Positions 8,968-16,375 of a DNA stretch of 64,000 bases are shown here, one piece after another (position 1 is the first letter of the stretch; each line of letters starts with the position of its first letter). Both the position numbers and the translations under genes were made by a program. This DNA comes from a virus. The stretch is from the IMG/VR virus record IMGVR_UViG_3300037258_000282, positions 1 through 64,000 of that record. One strand, written 5' to 3'. Below the pieces are notes generated by a model. The model had not been told where the DNA came from and did no database searches. It was given only the letters and a program-made list of their open reading frames with translations.

Positions 8968-9831
8968 ATGCCCGTAACAAACTCAAAGAAGGACGTCTCT
9001 GCCCAAAATGGGACCGCCGCGGCTCTCGCTGAGATCGCGGTCGAGATGCGAAACCAGGCGCCGGTTGGAAATGAGACCGATCAGCAGATCGCCGAGCGCC
9101 TCGAGGAGCGCTTTACCGTACTCGACATCCTCGTGGAGGCATCCATCACTGGAGACGCCCGCGCCCTGATAGTCTCCGGCCCTCCGGGAGTCGGTAAGTC
9201 TTTCACGGTCGAGCAGCACATGAGGGAATACGATCCCGCGGGAGACGTTCATACCATCATCAAGGGCTTCGTTCGAGCATCCGGCTTGTTCAAGACTCTG
9301 TACAACTATCGCCATCCCGGCAACGTCATCATCTTCGACGACGCCGACTCGGTGTTCTTCGACGATAACTCACTGAACATCATCAAGAGCGTCTGCGATA
9401 CTACGGGCACGAGGCGGGTCTCCTGGCTCTCCGAGTACGAGTTCATCGACGCCGAGGGCGAGGCCATCCCGAATACCTTCGAGTTCGAGGCTACGGTAAT
9501 ATTCATCACGAACCTCGACTTCGACTTCTTGGTCGACCGAAATCACCGGCTCGCGGAGTCGCTGAAGGCCCTGATGTCGAGAGCTCACTACCTCGATATG
9601 TCGATGAAGACTCGGCGAGACTACCTGGTCCGCATCAAGACCGTCGTCGAGGCCGGACTCCTGGGAGACTTCTCAGTTCAAGAGCGAAGTGAGATCATGG
9701 GCTTTATAGAGGCCAACTATTTGAAGATTCGAGAGCTCTCTCTTCGCATGGCCATCAAGGTTGGTCACCTCCGAAAGAGCTCTCCGAGTAACTGGAAGAG
9801 GATCGCTCTTCTAACGACCTGCAAGGCGTAA
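8968..9831 (+). CDS. AAA+ family P-loop ATPase
   Basis: Walker A GPPGVGKS, Walker B IIFDDAD, sensor IFITN. Confidence 0.85.
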   Translation: MPVTNSKKDVSAQNGTAAALAEIAVEMRNQAPVGNETDQQIAERLEERFTVLDILVEASITGDARALIVSGPPGVGKSFTVEQHMREYDPAGDVHTIIKGFVRASGLFKTLYNYRHPGNVIIFDDADSVFFDDNSLNIIKSVCDTTGTRRVSWLSEYEFIDAEGEAIPNTFEFEATVIFITNLDFDFLVDRNHRLAESLKALMSRAHYLDMSMKTRRDYLVRIKTVVEAGLLGDFSVQERSEIMGFIEANYLKIRELSLRMAIKVGHLRKSSPSNWKRIALLTTCKA

Positions 9832-9902
9832 GAGTTACTCCTCGGAGAGGAGCGGTCGCTCCTATCCATAAATATAACCTCTCTGGAGAGGACTATGGTG
9901 GT

Positions 9903-10094
9903 ATGTATAGGTACAAGGTGTTGGTAAACTATAAGGTAATCGATAGGAAGGCGTCGGACTACGGGTGCGTGCTCGAGTCTGCGCGGAAGTTCACGTGCTT
10001 TTCTGACGCCGTCGCGTGGATACGTGACTTTAGAGCGATGTCCAATACGTATCAGATGGTGGGAAAGCCAACTGTTGAAGCTATCTCTCAGTGA
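9903..10094 (+). CDS. hypothetical protein
   Basis: ORF with RBS. Confidence 0.55.
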   Translation: MYRYKVLVNYKVIDRKASDYGCVLESARKFTCFSDAVAWIRDFRAMSNTYQMVGKPTVEAISQ

Positions 10095-10101
10095 AGGATG
10101 A

Positions 10102-10503
10102 ATGAAGATGGATTTAAATTTTAATGAGTTGAGTCAAGTCTATTGGAAGGTCGTGGGTCGCGCAGGTGACAGGCTGATCTTGACTCGAGGAACGGATAAA
10201 TTGGTAGTAAATATAGTCTCCTACGACAACGCCGGCGCGCCGGGCGAGAAGACGTCCGCTCAACCTAAGTGTGAGGAGTGGTACTTCACGGACTATCCCC
10301 TCGACGACAGCAGTGAGTGCGGCTTTTCAACTTCCGCGTTCACCGTCGAAGATGCCATCGACAACTTGAATAAGACTCTCAGGATCAAGAAGGATGACGT
10401 TGACACACGGGATGATATGGAATATATCTATAAGATGGTTGGTAAGATGAAGAAAGCCGTCTCGTTCTCACTCGTTACGCCAACTTCGGATGGAGAGATC
10501 TAA
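10102..10503 (+). CDS. hypothetical protein
   Basis: ORF in operon context. Confidence 0.55.
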   Translation: MKMDLNFNELSQVYWKVVGRAGDRLILTRGTDKLVVNIVSYDNAGAPGEKTSAQPKCEEWYFTDYPLDDSSECGFSTSAFTVEDAIDNLNKTLRIKKDDVDTRDDMEYIYKMVGKMKKAVSFSLVTPTSDGEI

Positions 10504-10504
10504 C

Positions 10505-10828
10505 ATGAACTTACCTAGGGGAAGTCATTGGGTCGTAGATGAGAGCCACCCCGACGGGACTCTTCTACTGAAAAGTTCTGAGCCGAACGTCTGCTACTCC
10601 ATCGTCAAGATCGTCAGCAGCGATGAAAGGAGTGACTGGATCTTCGTGAGCGATAATGAAAAGGTTGAGCTAACATGCCTCGACTGCACTCTTCAAGAGG
10701 CGCTAGCGTCGCTTCAGAATGAGGCTGAATATGTCAACGACATCAGCGGAGTATACAAGTTCCACTCAAAAGTCAATATGAGGATCGTGTACGAGATCGA
10801 GGATGTTGACGTCTCCGAGAAGGCGTGA
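10505..10828 (+). CDS. hypothetical protein
   Basis: GGAG RBS before ATG 10505. Confidence 0.55.
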   Translation: MNLPRGSHWVVDESHPDGTLLLKSSEPNVCYSIVKIVSSDERSDWIFVSDNEKVELTCLDCTLQEALASLQNEAEYVNDISGVYKFHSKVNMRIVYEIEDVDVSEKA

Positions 10829-10861
10829 TAGAATCTTCTCAGGAATTATCGGAGGTTCGAG

Positions 10862-11032
10862 ATGACGGCGTTCGTAGAAGTTCAAATTCACGGCTCCTGG
10901 GTCGTGGCTTCGTCGACCATCAACAAGGCTCAGTTCGTGCTGACTGAGATGGAGAGAGTAAAGCGGTCGTATCCGACTTCCAGAGTTCGAGCCGTCGACG
11001 AAAATGGAAGAATCGTCGACATCCTCGGCTGA
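10862..11032 (+). CDS. small hypothetical protein (56 aa, MTAFVEVQIH...RVRAVDENGRIVDILG)
   Basis: not in ORF track; GGAGG RBS and promoter TTGACG-N17-TAGAAT at 10806-10834. Confidence 0.7.
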   Translation: MTAFVEVQIHGSWVVASSTINKAQFVLTEMERVKRSYPTSRVRAVDENGRIVDILG

Positions 11033-11057
11033 GGTTCTGGAGAGTCAGTCATAAATA

Positions 11058-11268
11058 GATTGACTCTTCGGAGTTCGGGCAGGCACCCCGAATCGACAAA
11101 ACTGTCGGCACGCTTGGTGGACTAGTCGCTGTACTCACAGACACTGGTCGCGAATCAAGTATGTTAGAGACGTCAACCCTGTGAACACGGGAGCAGGGCC
11201 TGCGTTCTCGCCCTCTGGACCTGGATCCGGAGTCTCGGTGGCTTCCCTGGAAGCGCGACCGAGCTTTT
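11058..11268 (+). ncRNA. candidate structured non-coding RNA
   Basis: follows CATAAATA late-type promoter; series of hairpins including a UUCG loop; ends in a hairpin plus T-run. Confidence 0.5.
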
Positions 11269-11273
11269 TAATT

Positions 11274-11349
11274 GGGTCCATAGCACAATGGGTAGTGCGC
11301 CGTCCTTTTAAGTCGAGAGACCTCAGTTCGAACCTGGGTGGACCCACCA
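11274..11349 (+). tRNA. tRNA-Lys(TTT)
   Basis: cloverleaf, CCA; mismatched anticodon stem. Confidence 0.85.
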
Positions 11350-11353
11350 GTAC

Positions 11354-11446
11354 GGGAAGGGCAAGTAAGGTCAAGCTGGTGCTGATGGGCCACTGTAAAT
11401 GGTCTCCCTCTGCGGCAAGGTGTTCGATTCATCCCCCTTCCCACCA
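11354..11446 (+). tRNA. tRNA-Tyr(GTA), extra ~8 nt before the D-arm
   Basis: GGCCA-CTGTAAA-TGGTC arm, long variable arm, CCA. Confidence 0.75.
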
Positions 11447-11504
11447 ATCTCTGTTGACAAAAGCTCTAGATGGTGATATCGTAGAGCGATAGTATGGAGT
11501 TACG

Positions 11505-11762
11505 ATGATACTGCGCGCTATATCGATCGCTCTGGCCCTCGCGGTTCAGCACTCTGATATCTACCGCGGGACCGCAGAGGCCTGCAACGTCTCTGGATAC
11601 TACGAGGAGCTCAGCCTCGAGTATCCCTCGGAGTCGTACTGCGAGAGATCAATGATGATGGACCTACCGAGCTGGATCTCTCTGCTCGACTCCTCGGGCC
11701 ACGGTAACTTCCAGCTCCAGGGAGGATGGCGGTGCCGAAAGATCTCGGACTCTGACGCGTGA
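11505..11762 (+). CDS. hypothetical protein with N-terminal hydrophobic segment
   Basis: GGAG RBS; promoter at ~11454. Confidence 0.55.
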   Translation: MILRAISIALALAVQHSDIYRGTAEACNVSGYYEELSLEYPSESYCERSMMMDLPSWISLLDSSGHGNFQLQGGWRCRKISDSDA

Positions 11763-12265
11763 GTGAGATCTGGGTCGTATCAGACACACACTTCGGTCAC
11801 TCAAACATCATCAAGTACTGCTTCAGACCGTTCTCCTCCGCGGAGGAGATGGATGAGGAGATGATAGAGAGGTGGAATAAAGTCGTGACTCCAGAAGATC
11901 ACGTCTATCACCTCGGTGACGTCTACTTCTCGAAAGACTCAAACTTCCAGTATCGTCTCAACGGAAAGAAGAGACTCATACTTGGAAATCACGATAATGG
12001 AAAAGACGATACGCTTCTCAAGATGTTTCAAAAGATCATGGTCTGGAGGATGTTTCCAGACTTAGGACTTCTCTTGACTCACGTGCCGTGCCATCCAGAC
12101 GGACTGTCATTCAAGGACCTAACTAACGTTCACGGCCACATCCACGAGAAGATCGTGACTCGATACACTGAATATGAAAATAGACCAGATCCTAGGTATA
12201 AGAACGTCTCGGTGGAGCAGATCGACTACACTCCAGTGAATATCGAAGCGCTCAGGACCAGATAA
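11759..12265 (+). CDS. calcineurin-like metallophosphoesterase
   Basis: DTHFGH, HLGDV, GNHD, HGHIH motifs. Confidence 0.9.
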   Translation: MSEIWVVSDTHFGHSNIIKYCFRPFSSAEEMDEEMIERWNKVVTPEDHVYHLGDVYFSKDSNFQYRLNGKKRLILGNHDNGKDDTLLKMFQKIMVWRMFPDLGLLLTHVPCHPDGLSFKDLTNVHGHIHEKIVTRYTEYENRPDPRYKNVSVEQIDYTPVNIEALRTR

Positions 12266-12275
12266 ATAGATCTAT

Positions 12276-12351
12276 GGGTGCGTAGCTCAATTGGTAGAGC
12301 GGCTGACTCTTAATCAGCAGGCAGTCGGTTCGATCCCGACCTCACCCTCCA
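12276..12351 (+). tRNA. tRNA-Lys(CTT)
   Basis: canonical cloverleaf, CCA. Confidence 0.9.
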
Positions 12352-12369
12352 TATATACGACGGCTGAGC

Positions 12370-12442
12370 TCGGGTGTAGCTCAACTGGTAGAGCAACCGA
12401 CTGTTAATCGGTAGGCTGTAGATTCGAATTCTACCTCCCGAG
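12370..12442 (+). tRNA. tRNA-Asn(GTT)-like, no CCA, acceptor stem extended by 11 bp
   Basis: cloverleaf; flanks GACGGCTGAGC / GCTCAGCCGTC are perfectly complementary. Confidence 0.8.
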
Positions 12443-12469
12443 CTCAGCCGTCATATAAGTATATCTTTC

Positions 12470-12547
12470 GGTGTAGTGCGTCGGAAATGGATACGGCACA
12501 GTCTGCAAAACTGATATATGTGGGTTCAAGTCCCATCTACACCTCCA
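12470..12547 (+). tRNA. tRNA-Cys(GCA)
   Basis: cloverleaf, U73-CCA. Confidence 0.85.
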
Positions 12548-12551
12548 ATAT

Positions 12552-12628
12552 CTCCGCGTAGCTCAACTGGAGGAGCACTCGGCTACGAACCGAGAGGAAT
12601 GCGGGTTCGAGTCCTGCCGCGGAGGCCA
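12552..12628 (+). tRNA. tRNA-Arg(ACG)
   Basis: cloverleaf, CCA. Confidence 0.9.
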
Positions 12629-12649
12629 CTTCAACTAGAGAGGTAAAAT

Positions 12650-13009
12650 ATGCCTAAGAAGAGTGATAAAGACGAGACCGTATCGGATGCCGTGGAAGAT
12701 ACCACTGTAGATACCGTGGAGGATACCACCACGCACATTTTTCCAATCGACCACACTCCAGAGCTGATCGACTTTAGTAGAGTTAGAGCATACGAGCTGC
12801 GTGATAGGCTTAACCTGCCTCACGACTACTCGTTCATAAGCGACATCTCTCCCACTACAGAAGTCGATCTAATGCTCGCGACGATCGGGCAGTCCAACTT
12901 TGTCTCTGTATCAAGACATAGACTCTCGGCGCAGATCACGCTTCTGATGGGATTCATCTCCCCGGAGGGAAGGTCTAACCTGGCGAGATACGTATCAGAC
13001 AGATCGTAA
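12650..13009 (+). CDS. hypothetical protein
   Basis: GAGG RBS; internal VEDTT duplication. Confidence 0.6.
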   Translation: MPKKSDKDETVSDAVEDTTVDTVEDTTTHIFPIDHTPELIDFSRVRAYELRDRLNLPHDYSFISDISPTTEVDLMLATIGQSNFVSVSRHRLSAQITLLMGFISPEGRSNLARYVSDRS

Positions 13010-13010
13010 C

Positions 13011-13085
13011 GCGGGTATAGCTCAATGGTAGAGCGCCTCGGTGCCACTAAGGAAGCTCGGGTTCGATTCCCGATACCCTGCTCCA
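13011..13085 (+). tRNA. tRNA-Gly(GCC), atypical
   Basis: cloverleaf with bulged acceptor and weak anticodon stem, U73-CCA. Confidence 0.75.
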
Positions 13086-13129
13086 CATCATAGAGAGGTT
13101 AGCGCACTTATCGGTTGCACTGAGTAAGA

Positions 13130-13204
13130 CCCGTCCTTCGTTCAATGGCAGGACGCCAGTTTGTGGAGCTGGATACCAGAGTTCGATTCTCTGAGACGGG
13201 ACCA
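13130..13204 (+). tRNA. tRNA-His(GTG), no G-1, A73
   Basis: cloverleaf, A-CCA; preceding base is A. Confidence 0.85.
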
Positions 13205-13205
13205 G

Positions 13206-13281
13206 GCCGCTCGGGAGGTGGAGGTCATCTCATCGCTCTCATAAGGCGAAGAACGGAGTTCGACTCTCCGGGGCGGCACCA
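13206..13281 (+). tRNA. tRNA-CAT (Met or Ile2)
   Basis: TCGCT-CTCATAA-GGCGA arm, CCA. Confidence 0.8.
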
Positions 13282-13282
13282 G

Positions 13283-13290
13283 TATAAATA
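13283..13290 (+). promoter_or_regulatory. T4-type late promoter TATAAATA
   Basis: exact gp55 consensus; same or NATAAATA variants at 8125, 11050, 12261, 14730 and 16032 precede tRNA blocks. Confidence 0.65.
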
Positions 13291-13447
13291 TTGTAAAAAT
13301 ACTGGAGTCTCACATTGCTGTCTTTATCGTGGACTAAACTCTACGATCACATGGCCAGAAGGATGGCTAATAAGCACGAGGTAAAGCATCACATGGGGCA
13401 TTCAACGTTCACTATACATAGATCAGACTTAAAGTAATCTTAGTTTT

Positions 13448-13523
13448 GAGTGACGTGCTGGTATGGTTATAGCGCTGACCTGAAGAGTCAGACAATCAGG
13501 TTCGATTCCTGAGTCACTCACCA
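13448..13523 (+). tRNA. tRNA-Phe(GAA)
   Basis: cloverleaf, CCA. Confidence 0.85.
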
Positions 13524-13525
13524 GA

Positions 13526-13614
13526 GGACAGTCTACCGGAGAGGTCTCCGGACCCGTTTGCTAAACGGTGGGCTCTCGGAAGGGAGTGCGTTTCGAGTAC
13601 GCGGCTGTCCTCCA
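13526..13614 (+). tRNA. tRNA-Ser(GCT)
   Basis: long variable arm, CCA. Confidence 0.8.
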
Positions 13615-13620
13615 TGAGAT

Positions 13621-13691
13621 ATGGGTCGAGTGTTATGGTACACGCAGGTCTCCAAAACCTTGAATAGGGGGTTCGATTCCTCCGGCCCGTG
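13621..13691 (+). tRNA. tRNA-Trp(CCA), CCA end not encoded
   Basis: cloverleaf with G73. Confidence 0.8.
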
Positions 13692-13735
13692 CATTGAGTT
13701 GATATAGTGATAAGAAAGTGATATATAGAGAGAAT

Positions 13736-13826
13736 GGAGTGCGTATCTGGCCGGTGATGCCAGCATCGTCTTGAAAACGATAGGAGGCCTAGAGCCCAGG
13801 GGTTAAATTCCGCCACCACTCCGCCA
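13736..13826 (+). tRNA. tRNA-Ser(TGA)
   Basis: ATCGT-CTTGAAA-ACGAT arm, long variable arm, G-CCA; degenerate T-arm. Confidence 0.75.
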
Positions 13827-13834
13827 TTTAATAT

Positions 13835-13912
13835 CCGGCGTTTGTTTAATTGCACTAATACACCTGTTTTTCAAGCAGAGAGATATGGGTTGGAGTCCCA
13901 TACGCCGGACCA
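13835..13912 (+). tRNA. tRNA-Glu(TTC), degenerate
   Basis: acceptor and T stems intact, T-loop TTGGAGT, CCA. Confidence 0.65.
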
Positions 13913-13950
13913 AGACTACCAAGACTACCAAGACTACCAAGACTACCAAG
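13909..13950. repeat. 9-bp tandem repeat (ACCAAGACT)x4.7
   Basis: read directly; begins with the tRNA ACCA end. Confidence 0.95.
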
Positions 13951-14026
13951 CGACGTTCTTCTAACGGCCTAGGAAACCAGGTTCTCAGCTTGGGGAATAT
14001 GGGTTCGAGTCCCATACGTCGCGCCA
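13950..14026 (+). tRNA. tRNA-Glu(CTC)
   Basis: cloverleaf, G-CCA. Confidence 0.85.
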
Positions 14027-14041
14027 AAAAGTGAACCGAAG

Positions 14042-14695
14042 ATGGATATATTCACGATGAGCCCTAAAGTACTCACCCTGATAGGTGACGTTCACGGAAA
14101 ATTTGGTCGATACGAGACCATAATAAAGAAACTGACCAATACCGTTCAGGTCGGAGACATGGGCGTTGGATTCACGTCTTCGATAACTGGAGACCATTAT
14201 ACCAACCCACCGCACCGCGGTATGGTTTCTGGCAACCATCGCTTCATACGTGGAAATCACGACAATCCCCGGGTATGCTCTCGTCAGTCTCAGTGGATAC
14301 CAGATGGATACGTAGAGACAAGTCCATCCGGAGTCAAGATAATGTATGTCGGAGGGGCCTTCTCGATAGATCGAATGTGTAGGACTGAGGGGTTTGACTG
14401 GTGGGCCGACGAGGAGTGCTCGTACGTCGAGTTCATGAAGATCATCTCGGCCTACGAAAACTTCAAGCCGGACATCATGATCACGCACGACGCTCCAGAC
14501 TTAGCGCGATCTCAGATGTTTCTATCCGGAAGAATAGAAAGCACTAGAACTTCCGCCGCTCTTCAAAACATGTTTGACATTCATCAGCCATGCGAACATT
14601 TCTTTGGTCACTGGCACATAAACAAGACTGAGAAGATCGCGGGCACTAAATTTACCTGCCTGGGAGAGCTGTCCACACTTGAGCTCTCCATATAG
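14042..14695 (+). CDS. calcineurin-like metallophosphoesterase
   Basis: GDVHG, GDMG, GNHD, THDAP, FGHWH motifs. Confidence 0.9.
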   Translation: MDIFTMSPKVLTLIGDVHGKFGRYETIIKKLTNTVQVGDMGVGFTSSITGDHYTNPPHRGMVSGNHRFIRGNHDNPRVCSRQSQWIPDGYVETSPSGVKIMYVGGAFSIDRMCRTEGFDWWADEECSYVEFMKIISAYENFKPDIMITHDAPDLARSQMFLSGRIESTRTSAALQNMFDIHQPCEHFFGHWHINKTEKIAGTKFTCLGELSTLELSI

Positions 14696-14747
14696 TGGTT
14701 GACAGATGCCAACTCACGTAATATAGTGAGATAAATAGAAAGTTTCG

Positions 14748-14822
14748 GCCCGTCGCGCAGACTGGGATTGCAGGTGTTTTACACGCATCTTAAGTAGTGT
14801 TCGATTCACTAGACGGGTACCA
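14748..14822 (+). tRNA. tRNA-Val(TAC)
   Basis: cloverleaf, CCA. Confidence 0.85.
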
Positions 14823-14850
14823 AGTTTCCGCTAGCCGTGGCGGTTAGTAT

Positions 14851-14923
14851 TGCGCGGTGGACAAGTAGTTAAGTCGTTTGTCTCATAATCAAAAGATCGG
14901 GAGTGCAATTCTCTCCCGCGCAA
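14851..14923 (+). tRNA. tRNA-Met(CAT)
   Basis: cloverleaf; ends ACAA, no CCA. Confidence 0.75.
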
Positions 14924-14930
14924 CAAATAG

Positions 14931-15009
14931 CTGGGCGTAGGGGAGTCTGTCCGTCCCTGCCTCCCTTGGAAGGAGGAGACCGCTGGTTAAAATCCAGCCG
15001 CCCAGACCA
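14931..15009 (+). tRNA. tRNA-Pro(TGG)
   Basis: C1-G72, A73-CCA. Confidence 0.85.
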
Positions 15010-15013
15010 ATAC

Positions 15014-15089
15014 GTTCTCGTAGTTCAACTGGATAGATCGCCGGCCTCCTAAGCTGGACGTGTGGGTTCGAGTCCCGCCGAGAACACCA
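15014..15089 (+). tRNA. tRNA-Arg(CCT)
   Basis: cloverleaf, CCA. Confidence 0.9.
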
Positions 15090-15096
15090 CTGCATA

Positions 15097-15184
15097 GGGT
15101 ACCGGGACTGCATGGGGTGGTCGCCGTGGTCGCCTCACTTGCAATGAGGAGTTCAGCAGGGTCCGATTCCCTGGGTATCCACCA
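15097..15184 (+). tRNA. tRNA-Ala(TGC) with 9-nt tandem duplication in the D-arm
   Basis: G3:U70, TGC loop, GTGGTCGCC x2, CCA. Confidence 0.8.
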
Positions 15185-15201
15185 GATTACTGGAGTTTGA
15201 T

Positions 15202-15648
15202 ATGAGGAATTGCTGGGTATTCGACATAGACGGAACGGTCGCCAACGGCGATCACCGAAAGTACCTGCTCAGCACTCTGAGCGGACAGAGAAAGTGGGAC
15301 GAGTGGTATAAGCTGGCCTACCTCGATCTGCCGCACCGAGACATAATAGACTTTACTCACGTGGCAAAGATGATATCAATGCCGGTCATGATGTGTACCG
15401 GTCGGCAAGATGAATGCCGCGAGACTACGGTCAGATGGCTATACGATCATTACGTCATATACGACCGCCTGTACATGCGCACTACTGGAGATCATCGAGA
15501 CGACGCCGTCATCAAGCTAGAGTTGGTCAACCAGATGAAGAGTGATGGATTCAACCCCGTGCTCGCTTTTGAAGACCGAGATAGAGTCGTCAAGATGTGG
15601 AGGGACCTCGGAGTGCGGTGCCTTCAGGTCAACTACGGAGACTTCTAG
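15202..15648 (+). CDS. HAD-family phosphatase (PseT/PNK 3'-phosphatase-like domain)
   Basis: FDIDGT, CTGR, LYMR, FEDR motifs. Confidence 0.85.
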   Translation: MRNCWVFDIDGTVANGDHRKYLLSTLSGQRKWDEWYKLAYLDLPHRDIIDFTHVAKMISMPVMMCTGRQDECRETTVRWLYDHYVIYDRLYMRTTGDHRDDAVIKLELVNQMKSDGFNPVLAFEDRDRVVKMWRDLGVRCLQVNYGDF

Positions 15649-15843
15649 ATGAAACCCATAACTTGCTATACCGCGTGTCACCTCATTCAAGAGTCGCTCG
15701 ATCCAAATCCACTTATGATGACGAGATACATTCCAAGTAGATATGCCGACGTAGGTAGAGTCATAACGCTGGCGGATGACGCCGAAAACATCTGGACTGT
15801 TTCCGAAGTATTCGATACCGTATACTGTCACGAGGTGGATTGA
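15649..15843 (+). CDS. hypothetical protein
   Basis: operonic ORF. Confidence 0.5.
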   Translation: MKPITCYTACHLIQESLDPNPLMMTRYIPSRYADVGRVITLADDAENIWTVSEVFDTVYCHEVD

Positions 15844-16040
15844 AGATGGACGCATTCAGCGTTTATGTTCTCTGCACTCTCAAGCGAGAGGGTGACGTGT
15901 CCGGACACATCACTCACAGATACCTCAGTAGGTGGGACGCGGTTTACGGAAAGAAGATCATCTTAGAGTCTGATAACTCGGCTTCCTACGTCGTCATAGA
16001 CGTACACGAGCAGACCCATCAGCACAACGTTTATAAATAA
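15840..16040 (+). CDS. hypothetical protein (weak paralog of the upstream ORF)
   Basis: shared TRY[IL]..R..A..G+.I.L pattern. Confidence 0.5.
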   Translation: MKMDAFSVYVLCTLKREGDVSGHITHRYLSRWDAVYGKKIILESDNSASYVVIDVHEQTHQHNVYK

Positions 16041-16045
16041 AGTAT

Positions 16046-16121
16046 TCCTCGATCCTCTAATGGTAGGAGTCCAAGCGTTGAACTTGGGGAATGCGGGTTC
16101 GAGTCCTTGCTCGAGGAGCCA
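16046..16121 (+). tRNA. tRNA-Gln(TTG), G33
   Basis: U1-A72, loop CG-TTG-AA, CCA. Confidence 0.8.
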
Positions 16122-16125
16122 TATA

Positions 16126-16202
16126 GCGCTGGTAGCCCAACTGGTAGAGGTGCCTGTCTTAGAAACAGGAGGTTGTGAGTTCGAATCTCACGCGGCGCAC
16201 CA
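16126..16202 (+). tRNA. tRNA-Leu(TAG), short variable arm
   Basis: CCTGT-CTTAGAA-ACAGG, A-CCA. Confidence 0.85.
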
Positions 16203-16276
16203 GTCCTTATAGTACAGTGGCAGTACAGATCCTTTGTACGTATCAGACTCCAGTTCGATTCTGGGTGAGGGCACCA
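16203..16276 (+). tRNA. tRNA-Thr(TGT)
   Basis: cloverleaf, CCA. Confidence 0.8.
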
Positions 16277-16277
16277 A

Positions 16278-16351
16278 GTCGCGTTAGCTAAATGGCAGAG
16301 CAACCACCTCGTAAGTGGTAGACCGGAGTTCGATTCTCCGCCGCGGCACCA
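16278..16351 (+). tRNA. tRNA-Thr(CGT)
   Basis: cloverleaf, CCA. Confidence 0.85.
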
Positions 16352-16375
16352 GGCCTACTTCGTAGGTCTTTTTTT
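16352..16375 (+). terminator. intrinsic terminator
   Basis: GGCCTAC-TTCG-TAGGTC hairpin plus T7. Confidence 0.85.

Noticed and set aside
15646-15651. Read-through fusion at TTC TAG ATG
   Set aside because: The HAD domain is complete, the flanking codons do not match, and the next ORF has its own ATG and RBS.
16126-16202. Amber suppressor tRNA
   Set aside because: The anticodon is TAG (reads CUA, Leu), not CTA. No CUA-anticodon tRNA was found in the window.
8210-16303. ORFs overlapping tRNAs (e.g. 8210-8602, 11181-11492, 13145-13384, 13514-13855, 14889-15113, 16031-16303)
   Set aside because: They are translations of tRNA sequence.
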